DNA from: Balanoglossus misakiensis
Lineage: Eukaryota; Animalia; Hemichordata
Length of the DNA: 64,000 nt
NCBI GenBank assembly: GCA_040954595.2
Contig: CM082580.2
Coordinates: 13,194,242 to 13,258,241 of the forward strand
Reading direction: 5' to 3'
The notes below the pieces were generated by a model. It searched no databases, had not been told where the DNA came from, and saw only the letters and a program-made list of their open reading frames with translations. A program made the translations under genes and the position numbers. Shown piece by piece: positions 38,544 to 53,500 of the stretch. Numbering within the stretch: position 1 is the first letter of the stretch; each line of letters begins with the position of its first letter.

Positions 38544-41500
38544 ATGGCTGCTCAGGAGAACCCGGAAGAAAGGGTGAGAGAGACTTAGTTTTCTTAGGGC
38601 ACGATCGCATGAACTGCCTGTCAGCTGCACCGAAACTTGAATTATATGGCCATAGAAAATCACATACAAAGGGACACTTAGAGATGGATGTACATACGTA
38701 TTCCTTGGCACAAGATTAGCTTTTTGATCGTTGTTTTGCGTTAATTATTAGTGTATAAATCAAGGCATCGGACCGGATTACTAGCAGACGCCTACATCTA
38801 GATCAGCGTAAAACTCCGGGCAGATCGTGCACGCATGCTGGTATCATGTATTACGCTAACAGCGCGAACTTAAGAATACTGAGGCTGATTTTCCCAGCGA
38901 GATCTTCCCAGTATAATCGCGATCTTCCTTGGCGATCGGCCTCCATTGGCACGAGAACATGTACAAACATTGCTTGGTGCCCCTCCCACATTTCGATAGC
39001 AGACTACATGTACATCATCTGCATGACACTTGACAGTCAGTACACCGTACACACACGTACCGCAATAAATCAGAATAAAGAAAATTCGACAAAAGTTTGT
39101 CGACCAAACACTGAAATGTTCCAATTTCAGTAAAAACCCGGAAGTTGTAAATCACGATAATCATATGCACATATCAACAACCGTGTAACTTGCAACACCC
39201 CGTTACGTAACACCGTAAACAGTAGAAAGCCGTCTCTATGGTAACATACAACGTATACGATCATACAGTACAATACATTCTAGGTCACTCCCAATGCCGA
39301 TTTTTGTGTTGGTTATCATTCTTGAGACAGTATACATGTATTCATTCATTTATTCATTCATTCATTCATTCATTCATTGATTCATTCATTCATTCATTGA
39401 TTCATTCATTCACTCACTCACTCGCTAGCTCGCTCTTTGTTCTCAAATTCATTCATTGAGTCAATTATAAGTAAATAAATGAACAGTTTCAGTGAAATAA
39501 TGAAAAGGCACCAGTGAACAGCCAGTTAGGGGTCATATCGTCCTCTGAATCAGGCTATATTTCTGTGACATTAAATCATTCCACCAGAGCTGAATTCTGA
39601 AGTGTGCAAAACTTTATGAGCTAATGCCTCATACTAAAATTAATGGAAAATATTTGTGATGAGTCATGCTACAGTTATTCCAGGAGGAAATTTCAGCTCT
39701 TTAATTTCATAGTAGATGATTGATCATTCTACCATATCTGACAACTGACGACACTCATGTTACATCGCTGCATGTTCTTGTTTATCATCAGATGGAAGAT
39801 GGTTCAGAAGACCAGGAGGAAGAGAGTTCTTCATCTGAGGAGTCTGATATCCAAGAACCCAAGTTAAAATATGAAAGAATTGGCAACGATCTTCAGCATA
39901 TCCTGGACAGCAGTCAAGATGCTGTAAGCTGTTTAGCTGTACATAGTAAGGTCAGTATACAGCCTGATACCACTATATGATAGGACTTGAGAGCACCTAC
40001 TTTCTCTTGTTTGCATTTAGCCTAGCGAAACTTAACCCAAGCTATAGAAATTTTGTCTTGTCCACAAGACAAAATAATATGATATGTGTTAGAATTGAAT
40101 TGGATGTAATTGTATCCCTGAATTCAGGTCATATCCATAAACTCCATTTACAGATCACAAAACATCGCATGATGCAAAGCATGAGCCCGGGGGGCACATC
40201 AATAAAGCCATCCCTTCACCTGTTTTTACATATGCCATTAAAAGTATCCATAGATCTACATGCATCTACCCCATACCCCCCCCCCCCCACCAATGCATGT
40301 AACCCACTTAACATATTGGACCAATACTTCCCTTAAGTGTCTTCCAGCCATTGTATACAACCAAACCCTAGTGTATTCAGTCTTTGTGTAATGTATATTT
40401 CTATAACGCACAAATGAAAGCGATGACTTGGTGCCCTGCAGGTGTACATATCTTTCTGCTGCACTGTGTGCATAGAACCTCCTTCCACACAGAAAAGTGA
40501 TAAATATGTATTTTGTCTGAATTACAGCAACTCTTGCTCGTCATTTTAATGAGTTCATAAATGCCTCCTAAAATTTAACAGATGAGGGAGAGAAAAGAAT
40601 GATTGAACCCGTGAGACTTTCAGAATGTAGTAAGCTGGTTGTCTGAAATTAGATTGCATTGAATAATATGCAATCACACATGACCGTTGACATAACTGGC
40701 AATTTTTACAAAATTGCCAAATTGTTGAGTTTTCAGACATGTAACAGGAAACGATTAATAACTTTTATATCTCCATGTTTTGCTGATATTGTCATTAAAT
40801 TTTATTGTCGAAGACAACTATATCCTGTTCACATGGGGATGCACTACACTTCGTATTCCAAACATGTGTCCTTTACACCAGACATAACCAGTCATACTTG
40901 CTTATTTTTGCTTTCTTACTTGGCAGTTCTTGGCCATTGGTACTCATTGGGGAGTGGTTCATGTCTTAGACCATCAAGGAAATAGCATCTCCAGCAAGGA
41001 GTTTGCATCTGTAAGTATCTCTACCATCATCATTAATTTTCTCCAGCGTGTCATCCAGAATGCCCAAGGATACTATGCTCCCCCCCCCCCCCTCAGGATC
41101 TGAGCCCTTTCACTCCCCATTTCCATGATCTGTAGAGGTCATTACCATAGATAATGGTGGATTTAGACTGAAAATAGTCTACAGATGAGTATAGATGAAA
41201 CATCACTTTAAATGCTGAAAGGTATGGTATGTGTCTGCCCATTTATTCTGCTATTAAATTGTGATGCAATGTTGACTTTGAAATGAAGTCACTCTCCACA
41301 TTTGAATATTTTCTCCATCTTTTCTCTCTGCTGCTATTAAAATGTCAAAGTATGTAAGTTGACAGTCTTTGTCACAAATGTACAATAAATAAAACAACAT
41401 GGAAAGTAAAAATGTTGGCGTCACGCATGAAAACATAATCATATTCCATAATTTTGAATTATGTTTGTCAACAGGTCAGAGTGTATGCTGATCCGATTAT

Positions 41501-44500
41501 TTATTGGCAGAAGGATGAATGCTCAGTTTGCTGTTTAAATAATTTGCTTTGTGATAATATGATTTGGGGCAAATGTTTCATCAGTGCTCACAGGTCATTG
41601 TGGATGTGATAATTTATTCATAGAATGGCGAACGCGGTGCTCATAGTTTGCTGTTTGATATAAGCATCAAAGCTCAAATGTCATTTCAAGGTAGAATCCC
41701 TCTCTCCATTTAGGTTTATTTTCTTACAAAAAATGTACATTTGTTTGTTTGTTTGTTTGTTTGTTTATCAGCATACTACAACAGTAAACCAGATCAGCCT
41801 TGATGATAATGGGGACTACATTGCCAGTTGTTCTGATGATGGAAGGGTAGGTATATGGTTACCTTTTCATAGTGCAGAAAATTGTTTGTGTGATAACATG
41901 TTCTTTCTATGTGTAGAAAGTCTTATCACTGATCATATGAAACTTTAACAAACTAATACTCACAGTATTAGGCTACATATCATCAGTGACAATAATTATC
42001 TTTTATACTAGGATCCATTCTATCATCGGACATTAATGAAACTAAGTATCTTGAATCTCAACTCAAGTTACAAATGTTTCAATGACTGCATATTCAAAAC
42101 TCAAAATGGCCATCGAATTCTGTATAACTCTACAAGGGAAAGAGGGGTTAACCCTTTTAGCAGTGAACAGTCGTCCGCCATTTGAATACTTCTCAGTTTC
42201 ATTCTTTTATTTAGAGATTTCAACATCTCTCACACTATTGAATGTGACACACAATCCCCAGATATGGAATGGCTATCATTTCTTTCCGTAAAATCCATCC
42301 CCAAGGTATCATTCGATCTCAAAACTCTCTCACTTTTAAGTCAGCATCAATCCTTGGTGTCAGATTTCTAGAAAATCTGTACAGCTGTGTCGCTGTATAC
42401 TCTCGCATTAATAAGAAACCTGGCTGCTGTGTAATAAAACCTCCACTCAGGTTACTTTAATTACTGCCGTAGTTGAAATGATGTCCGACTATTAATAAGC
42501 TCCATTGATCTAAATAGTCAATCATTGTACAACACGGCATAAATTTCAGAAATACAATCTAGTTTGATGTGTACATCAAGTACAGGGCACTTGCAGATGT
42601 TAATTTGTGAGTAAAATTAAGATATTTTGTCTTTGATGGTCTTCAGTGATACGCATGCTAGCAGGTATGCATTTGACATGACGTGACATATAATTCTGTT
42701 TTAGGTAGGATTGAGAGGAACAGATGTGAAAAATAATAATGATAAAACTGCTTTTGATAAAAATAGACAGACTATCAAGAAGGATGAACATTTTAGAGAT
42801 TCAGGTGGGGGAAATTCTCTGAAAGTCAACAAGAGGATTTTAGATGTGAGTATCTGCCCCTCTGGGATGAGAGATTTACTGTTTAATTATTCAGAAGGTA
42901 GCATTAAGATTCTAAGAAATATGACACATCTTAAAACTACTAGGATGGGTTTCAGGGAAACCTTAAATCTTGCCGTAGTCTGTCTGTCTGTCTGGCTGTT
43001 TGCAGATCTGTCTGTCTAAAAAATGAAACTGAAACTTCCATACTTCAAAATGATGAGCAATCTCAATACATTGTACATTGAAAAAAGTGAAGTGTTGAGC
43101 TAGCTTCACATACAACTTAACCAGCTGTGCCATACGGATCCAAACAAAATACCCTTCTGTGGGTCTTTTCTGCATATCCTCAGCCATTCTTATCAAAATA
43201 TCACAAAATGTCCCAAATACTATAAATATTCTACATGAACAATGGTATACCTGTACATTCCTACCTGCAATTTGAGAAGTGCATTCATGCATTTCTGACC
43301 AGCTATTTTGGAACATTTCGTATGTCAGAGTATAATTTAGTGTAGTTCTTATAATAGCTCAACTTATTCACAAATAGGACAGGGAATGAAATGTGAAGGT
43401 TCTCTGCAGAGCTGATATTTTCATTCTACTTATATAAAAAATGGAACAGCAAAGTTTGCGTTTTGATGCATGTCATGAAACTAAACACCTTTTCCTCTAG
43501 ATACATATAAAAATAATATTAGTCTAGTACGTATTAAACACAAACACAAACAACAGTTGACAGTCAATATTGGTACAAATGTACTCCCAATGTGAAAACA
43601 TATTTTAAACTTACTGTTTGTGTTCCTGTGATCAGTAAGCAGAAAGCCAATCAAGTATCTTCTTTCATACAGGCTGTAATTTTGTAAAGTGGTAGGTGAT
43701 AGGTTATCATTTTCACTATATGGTTCCACACTTGATGATGTTCTTGCACAAGTATAATGCATGTTGTCAATGATTTCTTCCACAGGTGAATTTTGTTCCA
43801 CAAACTGTATTTCCCTTGGCAGTCAAGCATGACTTGGATGTGATGTGTTTTCTATTGCAGGTTGCTGTTAATGGCTTGTATGAGACAGAAGACAACCAAC
43901 TTCAAGCTTTGGATTACCCTGTTAAGGTGGTTAAACTGCATCTTGTTGCACTTAATTTGAATAACCATGGAGGTCATGACCTTTGAACTCATACCCCTGA
44001 TGAAGTGTTTTATCAAAATTTAAAAAAAATCTCAAAATGCTGGATTGATTAAAGAGAAATGTTTACAGAAAGTGGAATTGATGTACATGTAAATGTATTT
44101 AATTTTCAATATGACCTCAGAGTCATGAACTTTGAAATCTTTACTGATTATCTCCGAATGCCTGCACTGAATAGGCAAAAATAATAAAGCAAAGTTAGTG
44201 ATATTGACCCATAAATTATATATATGCTTTTTTCAATTTGTTCTTTCCCAGGCTGTTGCTTTAGATCCAAAGTTTTCCAAGCCAAACAGTGGTAAGCAGT
44301 ATGTTACTGGTGGGACCAAGGTAGGTCGTGGCCAAAAATGTTTTAAACACTGAATTTTTGCAGATACCATAACTCATCCCCCCAATAAAAATATCTGACT
44401 TTAATCCGACGTAATGTAAGCTGCAAGAACAAAGAAAACTTAAGAGGCTTTAGTGTACTGCCTAGTTTTTTTTTTCAAGTGTTCGACTCAGTTCAACTCC

Positions 44501-47500
44501 TGATGTTTAATAATAGCTTGTGTTTTTTTAAAAACAACTGCTTGAGATTTCCTTTAAAATAAAGCAAACGATTTTCTCCAAGCAGTCTGGTTCTCTAATT
44601 TCCAGCCCCTGCAGATGCATATGTGTCAAAACAATTTTTGAATGAAATACCCATGCAAACATCACAAGCTATATACATTAATACAGTCGTGAAATAGTCT
44701 AACTGCCATATCTCAGTCAGTCATGTCAGTCAGGCCACCATGCTGAAGTGTGCAGGGCATGTCACATCAATTTTTCATGCATGATAAAAAATTTACTTGC
44801 ACAGTGGGAATTCCTTGCTTCCGTAGCCATAATCTTTTATGCCTTTGTTATTTTGACATGTTTGTCAGAGGACAGATATATTTTGACATGGCTGAGCTAT
44901 GCAAAGGTGATTCTTCAACTGTTCATATAACATGACGGTTTTGTTGATGTCAAAGTCTAATAAATAATGGGGAAAAATTATCCTTTGAGTTTTTCGTATG
45001 TTTGATACAAGATATAAAATGCACTCCTTTGCCTCATAAAACATTTTGATATAGCAACCAAGAGTGCCGTAACTTCAACCATGCCTGGAAAGAATACTTG
45101 ATATAATTTCTGATGTTTTTCAGGAATACTATAAATTGTAAACAATTGTGCAGCCATAGTCATCAGATTGAGAAGTTGGGAAAGTACCCCTGCACTTGCA
45201 CCTGTCAAATCAAATCCAAAAGGGTATTGATTTTTTTTCCAATGGACAGGACAAAAGAAAATTACATATTAGCTTGGGGAACTCATCAATACAGTTGCAT
45301 GATGGTTTATATTTTAGCATTCACTATATAATGCATGTACGGGTATATTTCACAGAATACAAAACATTACAGATTTCTTAGATGCTAGTTGTTATAACAG
45401 TTAAAAAGACACCCTTCATGTGCAATTGAAAGAGAGGCGTGGGTAGTTTGTGACATCATGCATTTACAACCTCGGAGCAAATACACCTACAGCTCAGGTT
45501 AAAGATCTCCAAGCACAGAATGCTAAAAACATGGGAAAAATCACATAAATGTCCTCAACTGTGATTTACCGAAAATTTATGGCTTAAGGATTACATTTGT
45601 GTCCAATAATGACAGATATTAAAGTGATGGGCAGTTATCCCTGATTTCAAGTTTTTTTTTTACGATGCCATTCGTCTTTATAATGTTTTTGATGAGGAAA
45701 TGGGAGGAATTGTAACATGTCAATCACAAGAAGAGTTGTAATGTTTTTTTTGGCCCCCAAGAGGTGGACTGCATTCACATCATTATTTGTACTCAATTTT
45801 GTGAGAACATGAACAACGTACACTGTAGTCTAGAAGAGAATTCAACCTTAAAATTAAAAAAAAGTAAGAAAGTTGCGGGAATGATGAGAAGTGAATTGAA
45901 CACAAACCAAAGTGACATGTCAGAGGTGAAGGGCAGCCAAGTCTGCTAACATCTGCTCACAAACATTATTCTCTGTTCGCATTACAGCTTGTGCTCAGCG
46001 AAAGAGGCTGGCTGAATAGATTGAAGACAACAGTTTTACACCAGGGAGAAGGCCAAATAAGAACCATCAAATGGAGATCCCACTTTATAGCCTGGGCAAA
46101 TGACTTGGTAAGGATGCAGTTGCCCCGGCAACCGTGCATCTCAGATGAGGGTCTATCTTCTGCTTTTTTTTGAGTTGTTGAAAATTTAATGCATGATTCA
46201 GCGATAATGTTATGGGTGAGAGATATTATGCCTGCGATAACGGTGAATTCTGGTGAGTGCGATAACGCAGAGTCAATTGTGAGGAATGGCACTCTCAAAG
46301 GAGATGTGCAAAAGCAATTTCATGTGTGTACTTTCAGAAACTCTGTTATTCAAATGAATTCCCTCGATGCCGACTGATTTGTTCGCCTGTGTGTAGCCAG
46401 GTCACATTTCCTTTTGTGTCATCCATGTATTAGCACATCTTGTCTTCTGATTTTGTACCTTCAGTTGATATAAGTCTCAGTGAAAAATGATTTGTCTTAG
46501 TGACAAGTTTTGAGCTTCAGATTTGAATTATAGTCAAATTTCTCTGGCTGTGATGAGACACAAATTGTTCACGCTTTTATGACTTTTATGAAAGTTCAAA
46601 TGAACAGGGAGAAGTGTAGATGTGTGTGCTTTCACAAATGTCATAAAACTGTCTACATTTGGAAATTATTACTTGATTACTATGAAGCCCGTATTTCTCT
46701 ACTTTACGAGCCCACAATTTATGTTTGTCACTGCTTAAAATAATGTTAAATGAAAATTGATTTCACTGAATGTTACCATAGATTCCTCCTACTGTCTGTA
46801 AATATTCTGAGAAAAAAAAATAAAGAAAAGCATCAAAGAAATGATAGAATCAAACCACCCATCAGACACTTTGTAGTGTCCAAGTTTTGAATGTAATTAC
46901 TATGTTAAACATTGAGTGAAGAGGAGTGAAACGTAATATTTACCTAGTGTGGCCATCCGTGAAACAAGTTACAGTTGAGTAACTGAGATTTTTTGCCGAG
47001 AAATTGCCATGTGTGGTTGCATGGCAACAGTGTTTGTTGAGAAATTGAGTGTGAGAGGTGTAGTTTAAGCTTTGATTGAGGACAAATTGGAATCTATCGA
47101 GTTTAGGGTTTGATAATTGTCAGCACCGATCAACTGGCTGAACGTATATGTATGTTACAGATGGCTAGCCAGTATATGCTTAATAACAAACAGAAATGCA
47201 GAAATGCTACTGTACAGTTAGAACATACATGTATTGAAGGCAGTTTCAAACTACATTTATGTCAAATATGAAATCGACAAGAGATACTGCCTTTTTTCTT
47301 CTTCAAGGAACATTTCGTGAATGACCTTTCAAAATAACAAACAGGCAACTTTCAAAGGCTTCATGGAAACAGGATATGTGTAGAAAATGGAACACTTTGT
47401 GGAACTATTGTGTCACTGTCCCATTTCTTTCAAGAAGACAGATTTTGCAGATTTCAAAACACGGCAGTGCTAAATAGCCGTCATAATACAATTATATTTC

Positions 47501-50500
47501 TGTCTTGCAGGGGGTGAAAATCTACGATGTCAGCTCAAAGAGAAGGATAACTTTCATCTCCCGCGATCACGACCCAAGTTTACGACCCGAGATCTACCGC
47601 TGTCACTTGTGTTGGAGAGATGATATAACGTTGTTGATTGGTTGGGCTGACAGAATCAAGGTAGGGCCTTTTGTTGGTTTAATGTTATTAGCCTGTGTGT
47701 GTCCAACTCTTCTGATACATTCACCTGACTGACCTTCATTTGTCATTGGAAAAAAAAAGCTGCATTGAATGCGCAATTGGCAGTTGCATATTTGAGGCAC
47801 AACCTTCTTGACCTTCTCTGGGTTTATGTACTCACCGTCTAGTCTAATTTCAGCCCCTGTACTGTTTATTTTGTTGCATCCTATTCCACATTGTGTGCAC
47901 ATACTTTAAAAGAACCACAGATTTAACGAGCTCTTGTGGCTGCTCATGTGCAGTGTTGTGATTTTAACAATTAAAATCAGGTCAAATTGAAAATTTCCTC
48001 AATCTGACATACACACACAGTTTTCAACATATGTGACATTATTCTTTCAGCACTGCAGACCAAAAATGCTGAAAAAATCTGTCAGTGTATCCATGAAAAA
48101 TGTGCATATATGTATCACACAAAATGTTATAAAACAGCAAAATTCAAGAGTATGGAATGGATCAGTTTGTTATAAATGTTTTGCTGGGGAATGACAGCAA
48201 GCCATAATCAGACACCCTCACTACAGATAATATCTTGGATTTGAGTGTGCTATATTGCAGTGACAAACACATCAAATAAACAGCATGTGCAGCTGTTATC
48301 AGATGCCTGGATTTTGTAATGGCTTTCTAAACCTAACATCTGTGTGTTCATCGGAAAATGTCAATGTATGCTTATGTTGCTAGTGAGGTCGTGTAAGGTC
48401 AACCAGTCGCAGGGAATTGTCAACCTACTTTGTTATCTAGGTTCATTGCCTCTTGATAGCCAAGTTCAAAACAGTCTCTGCTAAGTTCATGGCTTTTTCC
48501 AGCTGTTCTTATGAATGTTGCCACTGATGTCATCATCCATCTCCACAAAATGTTTAGTGCCTGTGGAGATGAGGTCCAAGGGAGACTTGTGTCCGTATTC
48601 TCCATTTGTGGGACATTTCTCAACCAAATTCCGTCAGCCATTAACAAGAACAATTAAAGCTACATGGACCTAGTTCTTTTCACAGCTTGTTCTCATGTAA
48701 CAGCTGGCCTACCTTTGCCACAGATGTTAACATTTCTAGAAATATGTCAGTTGGCATACGCACGACAAATTTGTAACAATGTCATTTTGTTTTCTGTGGT
48801 GAGGGTGGACCTCTTTACAGGGTGAAAGGTTTAAAGATCGCCATGATTTTCAATGCTTCGTTTGTGTTCTCTCTTTTATCTCTGACAGATATGTAAAGTG
48901 AAAGAGAGGGCCATGCATGATTCCAGGGATTTGCCAAACCGATATGTAGAAATAGGTGAGTTGAGTACACAGTGTAGATGGTTGAACATGCACACAGTGT
49001 CATACAACATACAATTTCTCACAGCTCTCAGTTTATTATAACGGTAGTCTGAATTTTTTTTCTGGCTTGCAGTTTCAATGTTTAAGACAGACTTCTACGT
49101 GTGTGGCATAGCACCGCTCAGAGAAAATCTGGTCATTATGTCCTATGTGACTGAAGGACCCAAGCAAGAGGCAAGTGCAAAATCATTCCATCGTTAAAAC
49201 ACAATTTTTACAAGAATTTGAGGGTTTTCTTTAAGTTTTGACTATAAGCTGTCCTGGGGATCAGGATGTTATGTGAGTGATGATGATAACCAAGAGGGGA
49301 TGGTCAGATTTTGTGTGTCCATAGCAGAAAAGTCCGGAACTGTATGTCTGGTTGGGAATGACAGGCGCTTAATTTTGCAAATCAGCATTTCATGGATTAA
49401 TGTCTCGTTCATTAATGTCTGGAGATTAAAGGTTGTTTGTGTTTGCTTGACGATAAATTGAACTAATCACGTTTTTGAGGAACAATTGATCTGATTGCGG
49501 CTGACATTTTAACTTTCGTCAGTGGAAATTAGTGGACAATCTCCTAAATTCTATTCATTATTAAAGATTGACTGTGAGTTTGGTTGAGTTCATCAATGTC
49601 TATTCAGCATACTCTCTGAGTGCTGTGTGCAACCACCATGAAAACGGTATCAGTTCTTGTATCAGATGTTTTCAAGTGCAGTAAGAGTAGTTTGCGATAC
49701 GTGTACATGTACATATACGTGCTCAGGTTTATTGTGAGAAATCTGCCACTCATGATGACAGGTACTCAGGTGTTTGTACTTTTTTCACACCAGAAATGAA
49801 AGAGTCTGCCCTTTCAGAAAGTCTATCTTTTGACCTCCTACATGTATGTAAAATGCTCACATTGACATCTGCCAAAATAGATGAAATCTTGTGATGATAA
49901 ATTCTGTTGTTGTTTTTTAAATCCAGGATGAGCAAAAAGGATCCAGACGTCCACAGCTACGCATTATCGAACCAAAGATGGATGACTTTGAAGAGATTTC
50001 CTGCGATGCACTTTCAATACGAGGCTTCCAAGAATACAGACCCAATGATTATCATCTAGAGCACATAGAAGCAGAAAACCTCTTCTACATCGTCAGTCCG
50101 AAAGACGTCGTTGTTGCAAAACCGAGGGATTTGGATGATCATGTGGCATGGCTAATGGACCATGAAATGTTTCAGGTGTGGATGGGTTTATCAAACTGCA
50201 TTGTAGTGGAAGCTGGCAGAAAATGCTGGTAGAATGACAGCTAACCAAGTTTTCTTTCATCTGTTATTCATTCTGCCTTGACAGGAAGCGCTTGTAGTGG
50301 CAGAGGCCAACAGCAGACTGTTGAAAAGACATGATTTGTTGGAAATTGGAAGATCTTATCTGAATTACTTGCTGGATGAACAAGAGTATGATGAGGCAGC
50401 CAGGTATGGAAATCGTTGGCGTACAATCCTTCGGGGCAAAATGCAGAGTTGGCTCTGACTCATAGGGCGATTCGCTGTGGCAGTGGTAGTTCATTGGGCA

Positions 50501-53500
50501 TTGATCGTGATGAAAGTTGTGATAGTGAAGATTGAATGACACGTCTGTTAAAGTTCAAGCTGTGCAGTTGAATGAGTTTCTGAAATGTGAAATGTCTTTC
50601 CTCAGGTGTGAAATTACACCAAGATTTGCCAATGACACTACACAACCACATGTGACTGTCAAATCTGAAGTGGGTTTCTCAGTTGTGGAATCACACAGAT
50701 CTGTAGAGTTCACAGACACACATGCATGCACACACAAATAAGGAAATCATAGAAAACAATTTTGACACAAATTATGCAACCCACGCAAAACCGTTAAATT
50801 TTGATGTCCTGTTTGTAGGACAGTAAATCAGAATAAATGGTTGCCATTAAAAAAATATTGCCACCATGGTATGTTATACAAATTAACTTGTAAGTCACCA
50901 GTACTTGTAAAAACAGGAACTACTGGTGCTATTACAGAAATCAAATATTCGAAATGCCCATGAATCGTGAGTCTTATCTATGAGGTGTTTTCAGATATTT
51001 TTTTGGTACAATATAAGAGAGACTCATGACAGAGATTTGTTGTTTTAGATTTTGTGTTTTCTTTTTCCACCCAAAGGCAATGTGTGAAGGTGCTTGGGAA
51101 AAAGAAGGATTTATGGGAGAATGAAGTCTTCAAGTTTGCAAAGATTCAACAGTTGAAGGCGATCGCTCCATACGTGCCACGGGGTGACATGAGATTGAGT
51201 CAAGCTATTTATGAAATGATCCTGAATGAATACTTACAGACAGATTATGAGGTAATGTTCGAGTTTCATTTTATTTGACAGAAGAGATGACAGTCTCCAT
51301 CGTCACGGATGTAGAGCAAAAAAAACATTTTGTAAAATATCCTTCCAGATAGATTACTAAATATTGCAAATGCCAGACTTATCAAAACATATATAGGCCC
51401 AGTAGTGAAATCTTTACAGTAGTCATCCATCCGTGAATTTTATCATCCATTTCTTTTTAAAGAGCAATGTGATTGAGTTTGTTGTAGTTATGAGACGTTT
51501 ATTGAGTGCGCTCAAATGAGTTACAAAAATGGCCTCCAGGGAGAAGGCAGTCAATATAGAGTTGATTGGTTGGATCAGTTTAGAATCAGAGCATGAAACC
51601 TTGTAAATAATCACAGTCGTGGGTCAATATCACAGATTTGATAGATCACTGTGTGCTAATGCAGTGTGCACTTGACCTTGATAATGATGGTCAAAACGTT
51701 TGGCTGCGTTTCATTTAAGCATGCATCCATCTTTTAATGAATTTGCAAAAATTGGGGGAATACCATCAAATTTTGATGGGAGATCTCATCAATGCCGTTT
51801 CACTGTGATTGAAAATACAGAGATTGTTATGGATAATTAAAACATGCACTCTTTCTTGAAAACGTGAGGATGAGCTCTCTTTTTTTAGTTTTGAATGAGA
51901 CTTAATCTTAAATACAACATACACAGAATAAAATCTTATAGAAAAACTACGTTTCCCCAAAAATCTGTTTGCAGGGAATATTTTTAGTGATCGACATTTC
52001 TCCTGATTATTTTGGGTTGTTTGAAAGTAGAGCATTGATAATCCACTCCTTGGCAAGTCAATAAAATTAGCTCATGGAGCCATGATGTCTACCTCTGTCT
52101 TCTAAGTTACTCTATCATGTAATCTCTTTTTAATTTTACTAATTGCAGTGCTATTTCCCGTTCAATTTGCCATAAGGCTGCCCTATAGATCTCCCAGATG
52201 GATATATTAGTCTTCTAGAAAAAATATCAAAACTGCCATTTTGTTATTTTCCAAATCAGTTTTAAAAATCAGTTGTTTTTAATAATTGTATGACTGTTAC
52301 AATCCCCTCAGCCTAAGAGATAAAGGATGGGTCAGCAAAACAGGCTTCAGTTGTAAATTTTGATTTAGGTTGGTTGATGGGTTATATATGTGTGACGAAT
52401 GTACATGTATGAAACAGATTTGCCTTCCCCTCGAAACAGCTGATCAGAAACTGGTAATAAAATGAAAGTGAGAAATGCTCAGATTTGAGCAAGACGACAT
52501 CACTGCAGGTCTGTCATTAATAGCATTGTTAAGATTCACTGCACGTGAGTTTGTTTGTGTATCATTTTATCCAGTGGATCTACCCATGATACCTTTGTCT
52601 CCCATGTGGTCTTTGCTTGATCCAAACACCAACTCAGTATGGCTTGCGATTTTACTATCTTACATGATAATGGGGTTTGTGACAAGAAGGCTTGCAACTT
52701 TGTAATGGGAATTGCTCCCAATGATACTATGAACGTGATGAAATAAAACTTCTACATTCAACACTGTCAAGTAATAAATGCCTTGCTTTTTGTCTAAAAT
52801 TTTCATATAATACATTTAACCACCATGACAAGTTACATTTTTCTCTCTCTTTCTCTCTCACAGGGTTTTAATAAATTGATCAAAGAGTGGCCACCAACAC
52901 TGTATGACTTAATGACAATCGTCAACGCAGTTCAAGAAAGACTCGACAGAGACCCAGAAGAAGCGATTCTCTTGAAAACTCTTGGAGAACTTTATACTTA
53001 TGATAAAAGATATGATAAAGCTCTGTCCATTTATCTCAAGTAATTACTGGAATCTTTTTTCTTTTGCTCAAACTCCAGTTTGTTCATCTTTCTTTCGCAA
53101 AAATATGAGAAGATTTTCTGAGTAAATTGAAATTGTTTTATGGAAAAAATTGACAAACATGTTGGTTTCTGCGTAATGTACATGTAGACTGTAACAAAAT
53201 TTTTTTTTTTTTTTCGTTCTGTAGACTCGGTCACAAAGATGTGTTTCAACTGATTCACAAGCACAATTTATTTGATTCAATACAAGACAAGATAGTAATG
53301 TTGATGGAATTTGACACGGAGCAGGCTACTAGAATGTTAGTAGATAATATGGAACGAGTGCCTGTAAGTATATCCATCTCCATTGTCCATGGAATTACAT
53401 TATCTGGGAATATCTTTCTCAAAACATCTGCTTGTATATTCAACTCTGTGTGGAACCAGAATGTAGTTCTGAAATAAATGCATGTACTTGTACTCACACA

